64,000 nucleotides of DNA, taken from positions 1-64,000 of the forward strand of contig CAVYHV010000023.1 in assembly GCA_963768425.1 (NCBI GenBank), given 5' to 3'. Source of the stretch: Candidatus Bathyarchaeota archaeon (GTDB lineage Archaea > Thermoproteota > Bathyarchaeia > Bathyarchaeales > Bathycorpusculaceae). The position numbers were made by a program, and so were the translations under genes. Position 1 is the stretch's first letter. Every line of letters starts with the position of its first letter. This document shows, one piece after another, positions 29,583 through 39,738 of the stretch. The notes under the pieces were generated by a model. It was not told the DNA's origin. It searched no databases and saw only the letters and a list, made by a program, of their open reading frames with translations.

Positions 29583-29796
29583 GTAGTTCACTACCAGCTT
29601 TGCATAGAAGGAACATACGCATTCTTATACTTTTTTGCCTATCCACAAAAAACATGAATTGCCAACCGAATTCCACCCATGGCTGGCCCGATTTTCTTTC
29701 TGCTCCGCTACTTGATGTGCCAAAATTTGATCGAGAGGCAAATTCTTTTTTAGACCCAACCCAATTTTAAGATTACATAAATGTAGGTTTGCGTTA

Positions 29797-30854
29797 ATGC
29801 AGGTTTTTCCAAAAAAGATTGAGCACTCAGATGTCATTGTTAAGCTGTTGCCACTGATAGCTTTCGCCGCACCAATGGCTTTACTGTTCCTACTCAACCC
29901 CGCTGACCCGTACCTTCAGGTTAATGCCCAGGCGTCTTTTCAGTTAATGTGGAAAGGCAGAACATTCCAGCTATTCTTCGTCTGGCTCGTAGCGCTTGAA
30001 TTTATCCTAAGCTGGGACACTTTCAAACCAAAAATAAGCAGACAAGACGCTACGAAACTCGCCGTTTTCGCCGTAGCGTTGCTGCTTCCTTCGATTTATG
30101 TCGTTTCTGAGTATTATCTCGGGTTAAACGGCGCCATAGCAAACTGGTCTCAGCATTCAGGAGTTGCTTTCTACGATTCGATGCCGCTTTCGGTGGAGTA
30201 CCTCGTTTTTGCAGGTCTATTTTGTTTAATCGTGCTCTTCTATTTCGGAAAGAAAGGCTGGCGGGCCTCGCATTGCCTGGAGTATTTGCCGCGTTAGTGG
30301 GAGCAATATACACCATCGACAATGTTTTCCCCTACGGGGAATTTACCCCATTTCAAATTTTGGTTCCGACAACGGCTACTCTCGCAGCCAAAACCTTGAA
30401 CTGGCTCGGATGCGTCACTTCCATGACGATGGAGAACGGGATGCCGACCCTGCAAGCCACGGGTCCATTGGGAACGGCGAAATTCTCAATTGCTTGGCCC
30501 TGCGCGGGCATCGAAAGCTTCTTAATTTTCACGGCGGTAGTTTTGGTTTTTCTGCAGCAGATGCACATCTCATGGAAGGCTAAAGCAGGATACTTCGCCG
30601 TCGGAGTGGTCGTAACCTACTTCATAAACGTGCTCAGAATCGTAACCATTTTCAACATCGGCATGCAATACGGCGCCGAATCAAGCCAAGTGGAAATGTT
30701 CCACTTCTACTACGGTCCACTGTACTCTATAATTTGGATCGTGTCGTACCCACTTATAATCTTCGCGACCCAAGGATTGTGGAGAAAAATGAGAAGAGAA
30801 AAATCCGATACAACCCTCAAGAAACCTCAACCGGCACAGCTAAACCCTGCTTAA
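29797..30854 (+). CDS. Exosortase/archaeosortase family membrane protein, frameshifted ~30256
   Basis: Multi-TM; catalytic triad contexts WPCAGIES, NVLRI, FH; two overlapping ORFs join with one added base. Confidence 0.85.
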
Positions 30855-31434
30855 CCAAAACCTTCGCGTTCTCAGCAGGCAAGGAAGCAACATCCTCAAC
30901 TATAAACGGACCGTAAGACTTCATGTCGGCCCCCATTATAGCCGGAATATTCTTTATGAACCGTAACGCCACACGATTATGAGCCACTTCAATTTCGACT
31001 TTGGCTTTGGCTTCAGGTTTTGCTTCAATTTGGGGTGCCGTTTGGCTAATAGTTTGACTGACGAAGGTTGGGCTGATTTGGCCTTGCAAGAGGTCATTGG
31101 TGAATTTTTGGTAAGAACTTGCGAAGGCTACGAAGCTCTCACACATCTTCGCTTCTTCAACTGTCAAAAGTTCTGAGGGGACCGCTTGTTTTTGGCTGAT
31201 CGTCTTGAGTAGTTTTTTGTATCTCGCCAGAAGCAACTCTTCAAGCATAAGTCCAACGTTTTCGGCCTCATGATCGAGCAAGCTTACCTTGACGGATTTT
31301 TTGTCGGGAAGCTTATTTTCGTCTCTCATACGTTTTAGGTAGTCGGCTATTTTGATGTAGAAGTCACTCGGTAAACCCCCAAGCGAAGTCTCGCCTTCTT
31401 CTCGTCGCCACGCCATGTAAAGTTCGTTATACAT
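30817..31434 (-). CDS. GINS complex subunit Gins15 (Gins51)
   Basis: LP.DFY, R..K, C-terminal B-domain IMGADMKSYGPF..EDVASLP..NA..LVKQG; follows priS. Confidence 0.88.
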   Translation of the reverse strand: MYNELYMAWRREEGETSLGGLPSDFYIKIADYLKRMRDENKLPDKKSVKVSLLDHEAENVGLMLEELLLARYKKLLKTISQKQAVPSELLTVEEAKMCESFVAFASSYQKFTNDLLQGQISPTFVSQTISQTAPQIEAKPEAKAKVEIEVAHNRVALRFIKNIPAIMGADMKSYGPFIVEDVASLPAENAKVLVKQGLAVPVEVS

Positions 31435-32657
31435 TACTCTGCTACCTTCGCCCTTCCCTTGCAGATCAGCATAACCGCCGCTGCAACAGGCAATTCTTTG
31501 GTCTCGTTTTTGTATGGACCAAACGTTTGCCCACCCATCTTGAACTCTGGTGCATTAGAGACAAACACTTTTACTTCCCCCTTTTTAAAAGCTACCGCTC
31601 CAGAAAAAGGGTCAAAATCCTGCAAATCCCTTGCTGGAAACTCCACTTTCTTCAACCCGGTTTTTCCATGTAGGGTTCCATTCATCCTGATTAAACGGTG
31701 AACGTCAGTGGTGACGACTGTATCGATCTTCGACGACTGCAAATCCTTCGCGCTCTCGGCAAGTTTAAGCCAAGTCTGAACGCTAACGCCTGGGACGCTT
31801 TCCCATCTTCCCTGATTGATGCAACGGGTGATGATTGCTTCCCTATTTTTTAAAATTGCATTGTTGTTTACACCTAAGTTTTTGAGGTCCTCTTTAGATG
31901 CATGTTCAACGAGATTTTGCATCCCAACTTTGAGTCGTCTGTTCCAGCCGAAATTGTGAAGATTGAATCTTTTGGCGCCTCGCTTTCCCCGTTTCTCTTT
32001 AACATCCGTCTCCAATACTGCTAGACCCAATCCCATTACGTAGTCAACGATTTCTTTTCTCGCCATAGCATCTAACGAGCGTACGGCTTCGTCTTCAACA
32101 TGCACGTGGTATCCTCTATGTCCCGAAAAAAACACATGCAATTCACCAAGGGAAAAACCGAAATCATTGCTTAACATATCAACTAGCTTGGCAGTTTCTT
32201 CTCTGGCGGATTGTATGCAGAGTTCGCAGGGCCACGTTTTGGTTGTGAATTTTGTTCCTTCGCAGGCGGGGCAAACTTCCGGGGTTATGCCTCTGCCGCT
32301 GAAGCCGCATTTAGCGCAGATGAATTCATCGTGGATTTTATTGCAGGCGCTTGGAATGTGGTCTGCGTCTATGTCGAAGACCAGGTCAGCTCCTAACCAG
32401 CCTTTTTTATCCATGTCAAAATCTGGGTTTTCGTAGTAGGCACAAGAATGGTAAACGTCGGATGGAACTATGTGGTTGAGAGCGGACCTTAAGCTGGCTA
32501 TGTCGCTGAATCGTTTGTGCCTGACCATGAACCGCTCTTTAAACATCAAGTAGCCGAATTCTCTCTGCTCAGCAAAAATCGGTGCGGAGATCACGTTTGA
32601 GGGGTCTCGGTAGTATTCGCTGAATTTTTGGTAAACGAAATCCCTAGAAGCCTCCAA
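31434..32657 (-). CDS. priS: DNA primase small (catalytic) subunit
   Basis: REFG, LVFDIDAD, FSGHRGYHV, IDTVVT.D..RL.R..G.LHGKTG. Confidence 0.95.
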   Translation of the reverse strand: MEASRDFVYQKFSEYYRDPSNVISAPIFAEQREFGYLMFKERFMVRHKRFSDIASLRSALNHIVPSDVYHSCAYYENPDFDMDKKGWLGADLVFDIDADHIPSACNKIHDEFICAKCGFSGRGITPEVCPACEGTKFTTKTWPCELCIQSAREETAKLVDMLSNDFGFSLGELHVFFSGHRGYHVHVEDEAVRSLDAMARKEIVDYVMGLGLAVLETDVKEKRGKRGAKRFNLHNFGWNRRLKVGMQNLVEHASKEDLKNLGVNNNAILKNREAIITRCINQGRWESVPGVSVQTWLKLAESAKDLQSSKIDTVVTTDVHRLIRMNGTLHGKTGLKKVEFPARDLQDFDPFSGAVAFKKGEVKVFVSNAPEFKMGGQTFGPYKNETKELPVAAAVMLICKGRAKVAE

Positions 32658-32802
32658 GTTCCCCTACCTCAAGCTTTGACTTGTATATTGATTATGTCCA
32701 TGAATTTATTTGTGTGTTGCTGAAGAGGAGCTGATTTATACGTTGCACCAATGGTTGAGGCATCATATAACTAAAAGGGGGCTATGCGTTGGCTGGGAAA
32801 AT

Positions 32803-33963
32803 TTAGTGGAAGTACTGGATAAGCAGCTGGAAATTGGTTCCTGAATACGCAAGCACACCTATCATGAAGCCCAGCCATAACACGGTTATGTTAAGCTCTT
32901 TTCTCTGCTGGGGAATAAGCGCATACACAAAAATGAAGGGGAAATACCAGTTTTGGATGTAAGGCATCAAGAAGCTTGGCAGAAGCAGGAAAAGTGCTGA
33001 TAGAGAAAGAAGAACGTTTTTGTTGAGCATGTAGATCGCGTAGGAAGCAGTGATTCCAAGCGTTAGCAAGACAAAGAAAGATTGGTCGACCCATGCGATA
33101 TGGGTATTGGATGAAAACGCATTTATCCCATTCATGATCAACTGGGGTCCGCCTGACACGAGATAGGGAGCGCTCAGGTAAGCCGTGAAAATGCTTATGA
33201 TCCCGAGAATCAAGCCAGCCACAACTGCTTTGTTTTTCAGCAAATTGGGCAGCTTGTTTTTCTGGACGAGTTTTATCAAGCCGATGACAATCAGAGGGAA
33301 AAGGAAGATAGCTGCTTCATACTTGAAAAACGTTGAAACTGTGATCAGCAAGAAAAAGTAGTCGTAGCGTTCAGTTATGAACATATACACTGCGAACAGG
33401 GCAAAGAGGAAAGCCACCGACTCAAACATTCCATCAGCCGCGTAAGCCACCAAAGTGACATAAATGATGTAGATCCCGAGAAGTTTAAGAATCATAGCCA
33501 TGTCTTTCTTCAAGAAAACCTTCAGGAAAAAGTAAACGCACGCCGTTGCAACGACCAAGAATATTGCTATTTCAATTTTGAAAAGCATGGTTGAGTTGAA
33601 GCCGTTTTGGAGGAGGATTCCGAAGGGTAAGAACAACAAGACGCTGCCAAGCGGGTACAGGTGTGGCATCTGAGGCCAAGTGACGTACTTGTAGTTTGAG
33701 ACGTCGAGATTAGCAAGTTTACTTAAGGGTTGGCTGAAAACTGAAAAACCATCTTTGAGAAATAAGCTGGCAACGTAGGTGTCGCGGGCGTTGTCGGTGT
33801 ACCAGTTCTCAAGCGTTGCAAGAGGACCCGAGTTGATTGCGAGAATCAAGAGCCACACAACCAACCCTAGCAAAAGCACGGCTAAGAGCCACCGCCGAGC
33901 TTTCTTGCTTAAAGACGGAATAACGTTTGCTTTCGATTCAGCTCGCGAGAGCTGGGGCAACAC
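32803..33963 (-). CDS. Multi-pass membrane protein, probable GT-C fold glycosyltransferase
   Basis: About 10 TM segments, external loop with YTD..RD, YP.G..LF.P, G.FES, FK, WYF motifs; near a polyprenol-P-mannose synthase. Confidence 0.6.
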   Translation of the reverse strand: MLPQLSRAESKANVIPSLSKKARRWLLAVLLLGLVVWLLILAINSGPLATLENWYTDNARDTYVASLFLKDGFSVFSQPLSKLANLDVSNYKYVTWPQMPHLYPLGSVLLFLPFGILLQNGFNSTMLFKIEIAIFLVVATACVYFFLKVFLKKDMAMILKLLGIYIIYVTLVAYAADGMFESVAFLFALFAVYMFITERYDYFFLLITVSTFFKYEAAIFLFPLIVIGLIKLVQKNKLPNLLKNKAVVAGLILGIISIFTAYLSAPYLVSGGPQLIMNGINAFSSNTHIAWVDQSFFVLLTLGITASYAIYMLNKNVLLSLSALFLLLPSFLMPYIQNWYFPFIFVYALIPQQRKELNITVLWLGFMIGVLAYSGTNFQLLIQYFH

Positions 33964-34483
33964 ATGTTTTTAAAGCTATTAGAAGCGCTGCGGTCAAACT
34001 TGCTATAAACAGGATTTCTGAGGATTCGTTTAGCCATGAATACGGGTAGATAACTGCGGGTTTTTGCTCAACCGCTTGGAAATGGACGGTTCCAGAACTG
34101 TGTGAAGCGGAAGTGAAAACGGCGTCGTAGTAGTCAGGGCTTGCGATAAATGAATATGTAAAGTTTGGCTGGGTAGTATTGTAAGAAATTCCGGTTTTGA
34201 TCAATAGCACGTCGTTTGAAAGGGGAAGCATGAGCGAGAAATTCTTCTGTAGCGAGGGAGACGACTGCACTTCTAACGTGATGTTTTCTCCGCCGTAAAA
34301 AGACCCTAAACCTTGTCGGTAGGTTTCGTTGGGAGCCAGTTGGAAATTGTCGTTGACTAATATGCTAGTGTGGATGCTGCCTTTATCTGGAATTGTATAT
34401 AGGCTGACGGTTGCAAGACTTATGCTCAGCACTATGAAAAACATAGCGGCAAAAAGAAGAATCTGAGTGACTGAGCGCTTCAT
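33938..34483 (-). CDS. Hypothetical membrane protein (N- and C-terminal TM)
   Basis: 181-aa ORF with hydrophobic ends and a beta-rich middle; overlaps the next gene. Confidence 0.7.
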   Translation of the reverse strand: MKRSVTQILLFAAMFFIVLSISLATVSLYTIPDKGSIHTSILVNDNFQLAPNETYRQGLGSFYGGENITLEVQSSPSLQKNFSLMLPLSNDVLLIKTGISYNTTQPNFTYSFIASPDYYDAVFTSASHSSGTVHFQAVEQKPAVIYPYSWLNESSEILFIASLTAALLIALKTCVAPALAS

Positions 34484-34557
34484 TAATCATGTCGCCTTTA
34501 ACTTAGACCTGCAAACATGCGTAATATATGTTAACTGAAAAAAGGTTGCTAATCAAT

Positions 34558-35274
34558 TTAGAAACGGAAAACTGCCTTGAAAGTATAGCTGATGTAACTG
34601 CTGATTTCAGTCCAGCTCAACTTGGATTTACCACTTTTTCTGTTAACGAATAAGATTGGGGTTTCCCTGACGTTGAAGTGCCGCAAGTGAGCTTGCCGTA
34701 TAGTTTCTATTTGAATCTCGTAGGTGTGGCTGTGCAGGTTGCCGATGGTTTCGCTTAGAAATTTTGTGGAATAGCAGCGAAAGCCGCTGGTACAATCGCG
34801 TGGTTTTAACCCAAGGGAAGATTTCGCGATAAAGTTGGCGGTGCGGCTGATTATTTTTCTGGTGAAAGGCCAATTTGCAATGTGCCCACCCTTGATGTAT
34901 CTGCTGCCAACCACGATTCCGCTGTCAGTTTCAGTCATCGTTGAGAGTAGCTGCGGAATATCTTTAGGGTTATGCGAATAGTCGGCGTCCATTGTAAAAA
35001 TGTATTTTGGAGGAAATGTCGAGTTCAAAAAAAACTTGAAGCCATCGGTAATTGCCGTTCCCAACCCACTTTTTTTAGGTCGAAGACAAAGCAGGATGTT
35101 GCCGTATTTACTTTGTTTTTCCCGAACAATTTCCGCGGTCCTATCAGGGCTGGAATCGTCAATTACAAGGATAGTACTATTTAATTTTAAGCTCTCGATG
35201 TCATCAATTAACCTGGAAATGTTTTCTTCTTCCCGATAAGTAGGCAGGATAACCCCTATTTCTGCGCCATCCAT
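34558..35274 (-). CDS. Polyprenol-phosphate mannose synthase-like GT2
   Basis: PTYREEENI, DDSSPDRT, GLGTA, MDADYSH.P, GSRY..GG, DCTSGFR. Confidence 0.92.
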   Translation of the reverse strand: MDGAEIGVILPTYREEENISRLIDDIESLKLNSTILVIDDSSPDRTAEIVREKQSKYGNILLCLRPKKSGLGTAITDGFKFFLNSTFPPKYIFTMDADYSHNPKDIPQLLSTMTETDSGIVVGSRYIKGGHIANWPFTRKIISRTANFIAKSSLGLKPRDCTSGFRCYSTKFLSETIGNLHSHTYEIQIETIRQAHLRHFNVRETPILFVNRKSGKSKLSWTEISSYISYTFKAVFRF

Positions 35275-35349
35275 TGCATTTCCAATTAATTGATAGTTCA
35301 TGTTACTCTAACCCCTTGTAGGTAAAGTGAACATATAAATCTTAACTAA

Positions 35350-36396
35350 TTAAGGCAAAGCAAGCTTTTGCTTGCGCTTGTAATAGGCAAGTGGATGATA
35401 GATGCGACGACACAAATCGTCCCTGTTTTTGCATACTCCATGCGTCTGTAGTAGGGAGCATTGCGGTGGAGTGTAGCGTGTTGCCGAACCCCTCTCGCCT
35501 GCAATGTGCTCGATTTGGTATCGGGTTAACTTTTCATTGTAATCCGAGAAGGTCTTGAATAATTCATTCACATTTTCCGAAGTCATTCCAATGTTAACCA
35601 AGAAAGAAGTTAAAGTGAACCGTTCAATATGCGAAAGGTGGTGATTCGACTTCGCAGTCTCCATTAGATTCATTATGCAGGGTGGATAAGCCGATTGAAC
35701 AACGATTTTCGGAATCTCATCGGTTTCCATCGCACCAATAACTTCTGAACCGAGTTTTTTCACCCGTTCAGCAATAAGTCCCAATTCTTCCGGAACCTTC
35801 GGCAGTTTTACGTTAAGTCTTTTCTCAACCCGTCGACGAATCTCCTCTTCCAGCAACCTAACAACGTCTTTTTTATTCAGGTAAACGCATCCATGGGAAA
35901 GGATACTGTTGGTTAACTTCCACTTTTTGTCATGCAAATGCGCCGAGTTTCTCAGGTAATCTGTGAAGCTGATAGAAAAGTCCAAGGGAGAATCCGCGCT
36001 TTCCTTGGCAAGGTTTATTTTCCAGTCAAAATCCCGGGCTATTTTTAGGATTTTTTCTTTTTGCTCCAAAACCAAATCGATGGATGACTGTTTTGCCTCT
36101 GCCAACGCATACCTTTTCTTGATAAATGAGTTTTCGGTCGCTATGACGATTAGCAGTGCTAGCGGGAACGAGGGGATTTCTATATCTATTCTTTTTGAGT
36201 TGCGGGTTATGCGTCTATCAATTAACGCTTGGTCAACCCTTTCTTCTGCCCGTTTTACAAGCTCGGTGCCCATGCTTACTAAGTCGTCTATTTGCAGGTC
36301 TAAAGGTTTAATGTACTCGGCGGTTTCTTTCAAAAAAGGGTATTTTGCCAAATCGTTCTTGGTGAATCCCGCCGATTCAACTTGCAACTCAGTCAC
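35350..36396 (-). CDS. priL: DNA primase large subunit
   Basis: KYPF, YPPCI, LSH.ERF, TRYQIEHIAG, Y.PPQC..L...G.C Fe-S domain. Confidence 0.94.
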   Translation of the reverse strand: MTELQVESAGFTKNDLAKYPFLKETAEYIKPLDLQIDDLVSMGTELVKRAEERVDQALIDRRITRNSKRIDIEIPSFPLALLIVIATENSFIKKRYALAEAKQSSIDLVLEQKEKILKIARDFDWKINLAKESADSPLDFSISFTDYLRNSAHLHDKKWKLTNSILSHGCVYLNKKDVVRLLEEEIRRRVEKRLNVKLPKVPEELGLIAERVKKLGSEVIGAMETDEIPKIVVQSAYPPCIMNLMETAKSNHHLSHIERFTLTSFLVNIGMTSENVNELFKTFSDYNEKLTRYQIEHIAGERGSATRYTPPQCSLLQTHGVCKNRDDLCRRIYHPLAYYKRKQKLALP

Positions 36397-36397
36397 G

Positions 36398-37153
36398 TTA
36401 TTCTGTTTCGATTCTTGGCGCCAAGAAGAAAGTCAATCTGCCTTCTTTGGTCTGCTGGAAGTCAATTTTCACTGGCATGTCGGTGGAGAATTCGAGCGTC
36501 GCAATATCTGAGGTGGCTGAAGCCGCCTTTATGATTTCTGACAGGTAGCTCAGGCTGAAGGTTGCCTTCGCATTTTCCTTAACTTCCAAGTCAAGCAGCG
36601 CATCGGTGCCCTTTTGCAGAGTTATGGTTGCACCCATTAAATCGCCTGAAGCACTCAACGTTAGCTTTTCTGGTTCAGCTTCGATGCGTACATGGTCACT
36701 CACAAGCTGCGCGTCTTCGATTGCTTGGCTTAATCCTTGAGTTGTCGTTTTGGCTTTGACGTTAAAGGTTATTTTTGGAGTAGGAACCTCTTCCTCCGAG
36801 GCTTCCAAGGTCGGCATGGTGAAGTTTCTGTTGTACTTGCCAGTTATGATAACCAGCAACCGCCCAGTTTTGTCGTCGAGAGACAGTTCCACTGCCTCAT
36901 CTTTTCCCGCACGTTTGAGAAGTTTAAGCAGTTCGCTTATGTTGAGGCACACTTTGGCGGGTTCAGTGGAAATGTATTCTTGAAAGATGGATTTTGGCCA
37001 TTCAAAATCAATCATAGCTACGCGGGATGGATCCATAGCTCGAAGTTTCATGCCTTCGGGGTCGATCTTGAAGGTTGCTTCGTCAACTAGGATTGATATG
37101 GCTGTAGCCATGTCTCTTAGAAGTTTAGCATCGGAGACTTTAAGCTTGAACAT
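36398..37153 (-). CDS. pcn: PCNA sliding clamp
   Basis: LRAMDPSRVAMID, FSLSYL, DMPVKI, FLAPRIE. Confidence 0.97.
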   Translation of the reverse strand: MFKLKVSDAKLLRDMATAISILVDEATFKIDPEGMKLRAMDPSRVAMIDFEWPKSIFQEYISTEPAKVCLNISELLKLLKRAGKDEAVELSLDDKTGRLLVIITGKYNRNFTMPTLEASEEEVPTPKITFNVKAKTTTQGLSQAIEDAQLVSDHVRIEAEPEKLTLSASGDLMGATITLQKGTDALLDLEVKENAKATFSLSYLSEIIKAASATSDIATLEFSTDMPVKIDFQQTKEGRLTFFLAPRIETE

Positions 37154-37576
37154 GTTACCTTTTCCTCGCCTATTGCATATTCCTGTAAAGTTATATAGCT
37201 TGTGATTACGCTTTTACCTAATAAAAATTGCCGTATCCTAACCTAAAGACAAGCACTTGATAACAGAAAACAAAAAACAAGGGTATTGTTTTGGTTATTT
37301 GCTAAGAAGGTTGACTGATTTGTGGCTTATTGGTGTTTTTGATACTTCTGTTTTTCAAAGGTGCCATAGAAAGTAAGCACTAATTGTTTGCAGATACACC
37401 CTTATCTATGGAACGAGAACAGCACGGACCAAATTCTGGGTCGTTTCGATTTGATCCCGAGTTACTCGGCGTTCAAGATCTATCGCTCAAAACAAAGAAT
37501 TAACAATACGACCAAAAATGAAGAATTAATGCCACTGAGGCCACTCTTTGTGAGAAGGAAAAGGGTGAGGAAGTTC

Positions 37577-37927
37577 TTAGCTGTATTCTCTGAATGTGTA
37601 GCTGCATTTAGTGCAGCGCAGAAACTGGGTTGAAGATTCATCTGCGCCTCTTGTCTGAACCTGCCACACATAAGCCGTGTTGTTTCCACATCTTGGACAT
37701 TCTATTCGAACAGTCGGCAACGTGCTTAGTTTCTGTTCTTCTTTTCCGATGACGGCAACAAACTGTTGGGGCGAATGCTGGATAACTTTCGGTGCCACCT
37801 CAACTTTTTCGCCTATTTCTGGCTTCTTGTAGCCACATTTGGGGCACGCGAGAACTAAGGAGGTTTCTTTACCGGACTTGGTTTTCTTTGGTTCAAGACG
37901 AGTACCGCATTTAGGGCAAAATTCCAT
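37577..37927 (-). CDS. tfs: Transcription factor S (TFS/RpoM)
   Basis: FCPKCG, CPRCGN, QTRGADE..T.F.RC..C. Confidence 0.95.
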   Translation of the reverse strand: MEFCPKCGTRLEPKKTKSGKETSLVLACPKCGYKKPEIGEKVEVAPKVIQHSPQQFVAVIGKEEQKLSTLPTVRIECPRCGNNTAYVWQVQTRGADESSTQFLRCTKCSYTFREYS

Positions 37928-38008
37928 ATTTCCCGAACTCCAATATTCGTGTCCGTTTTTGATTCCCTTAGCACTGTACCTTTTAAACCTTTTCTAAGTC
38001 ACGCGAAA

Positions 38009-38587
38009 TCAGAGACTGACCCCAGATGCGATAAGATGCGCCACACGGAGCGGTTCAGGGAAACTGCTGTTCGTCGAGGTTAAATCAATAATCTCTTTGG
38101 CATCATCAAGTGAAATTCCTGCCAACTCCAAGTAAAGTTTCTTCCTTAGGCAACGTGTTTCATGGATTTCTCCAGCGGAAAGGACGGTATTCCACCGTTC
38201 CGCGGCATTAGGCAAATGACTTAGCGCTTTGTGGACTGCTTCTAAATCGGGTTTTTCAAGGGTTATCGCGATGACTGGAAGTTGGGTGCCCGTGCTAAGT
38301 TTTTTAATGTCGACGACATTAAAGCCCGCAAACGTGATCCCGTTTAGCATTATCAAACGCAACTGTTTGCAATGAGGCGAACTGTTAATCATAGAGGTCA
38401 ACCGTTCGGTAGCGTCGAACCCGTCAATTTCGACGTGAGTGTGCATGACGCCGTCGATTGAGCAGCCGCCTCGGAAAACAACGCCGACAACAATCACATG
38501 GCCCTCTGTGTGTGGAGCAAATTTTCCGTCGTCAACACCAAGGATGCGGATTTCAGGTTTTATCACTCGAAATTTCTTTGGCTCCAA
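38009..38587 (-). CDS. DUF99 family (endonuclease V-like) protein
   Basis: RILGVDDG.F, DG.DAT, GITFAGFNVVD, PEPLRVAHLIA. Confidence 0.9.
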   Translation of the reverse strand: MEPKKFRVIKPEIRILGVDDGKFAPHTEGHVIVVGVVFRGGCSIDGVMHTHVEIDGFDATERLTSMINSSPHCKQLRLIMLNGITFAGFNVVDIKKLSTGTQLPVIAITLEKPDLEAVHKALSHLPNAAERWNTVLSAGEIHETRCLRKKLYLELAGISLDDAKEIIDLTSTNSSFPEPLRVAHLIASGVSL

Positions 38588-38713
38588 AACCTTCCCTGAA
38601 CCTAATGATATATCTTTTAGCTTTTAAGCTGAAGCTAAAGATTTTCAAATACGAAGAAGCAAAATAAGTTAAGTATTTAATGGAAAGTTGCTGAAAAGAA
38701 AAAAAGACTACCG

Positions 38714-38995
38714 CTATGCTTTGAGAACGCGGTCTAGCTCTTTGCTGAAAGCGTCGTTTGTATCTCTGACTTTCTCAACCGCTCTGAGCAACGCATCTTC
38801 GGGCTTTGCTTTCCCCCTCATCCTTAGATAAATGTTGGGGCTTGACGCCAAGGGATGTGGCACATCGTAGCCTGCGAACTCAACCGTCTTATCTTCCAAG
38901 AGCCTCTTTGCTAACAAATTGCAAAGTCCGTGACTTCCGCCCACGATTTCGATTTTCAGCTCGTTTCCAGATTTTTTAACAACGTTAATTTTCAA
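38714..38995 (-). CDS. rpoL: RNA polymerase subunit Rpo11 (L)
   Basis: H.L.NLL...L..D..V.FAGY..PHPL. Confidence 0.93.
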   Translation of the reverse strand: MKINVVKKSGNELKIEIVGGSHGLCNLLAKRLLEDKTVEFAGYDVPHPLASSPNIYLRMRGKAKPEDALLRAVEKVRDTNDAFSKELDRVLKA

Positions 38996-39010
38996 CTTAA
39001 CTCATCCTCT

Positions 39011-39592
39011 CTAAAGCGCTTCTTTCCCGTAGTCAGGTGCCAGTTTACGTTTTTCAATGTTACCGCATTTTGGACAGCGCAGTTCATATCGATCTGGTTC
39101 CAGCAGGTTACCGTCCCGTGAACAGAAAGCATCTATGATACCCAAGTTCTTGTCGTTCGTTGTCAGATGGAAGACGCGGTTTTTTTCGCTTATCACTTTA
39201 GCTCTGACGATGTCTCCAGGCTTGCAAACGTCATTCATAGCGGTGACATACCTGTCGGAAACATCAGAAATGTGAAGAATACCGCCGAATTCGCCGGAAA
39301 TCTTTTTGTTTCCAACTTTAAAAATTTTCACTAAAACATTGTCAGATTGAGCGTTTCCAATTTGCCCGATTATGGTACTGGAAACTTTAGGGACCACTGC
39401 GCCTTCCACGGCAGGGTAGACGGAGACGCGTCGACTCTGCAAATCAACAAGTGAGCGTCCCACAATTTTGGAGTAGATAACGCCGTCTTTAACGTAGGTT
39501 CCCGAATCTGGAACGAACTCTTCAATAACACCTAAGCGTTCTCCAGGCACAACTAAATGACCACTATTTTGTTGAGGTGACTTTAGACTCAT
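39011..39592 (-). CDS. csl4: Exosome RNA-binding subunit Csl4
   Basis: VVPGERLG.IEE..P..GTY, PGDIVRAKV, LG.I.A.CS, CPKCG..EKRK. Confidence 0.93.
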   Translation of the reverse strand: MSLKSPQQNSGHLVVPGERLGVIEEFVPDSGTYVKDGVIYSKIVGRSLVDLQSRRVSVYPAVEGAVVPKVSSTIIGQIGNAQSDNVLVKIFKVGNKKISGEFGGILHISDVSDRYVTAMNDVCKPGDIVRAKVISEKNRVFHLTTNDKNLGIIDAFCSRDGNLLEPDRYELRCPKCGNIEKRKLAPDYGKEAL

Positions 39593-39738
39593 GATGGTTT
39601 CCCTTTTTACACTCTTTATTACACTTAAATAAGCCAAACAGCCTGTTTGATAAATGCATATGGTTAGTTTCCAATCTTATCAATAAACCTTTTGATTAAT
39701 ATACCACCTTAATTCCAGACAGAACCCGAAGAAATTTG

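Noticed and set aside
32200-32350. Extra Cys-rich zinc-ribbon insert in PriS
   Set aside because: A variable Zn-binding insertion at this position is expected in archaeal PriS; no intein signatures
37388-37689. ORFs 37388-37633 (+) and 37480-37689 (-), and the many antisense/shadow ORFs across the track
   Set aside because: They overlap confidently assigned genes in other frames and carry no recognisable motifs
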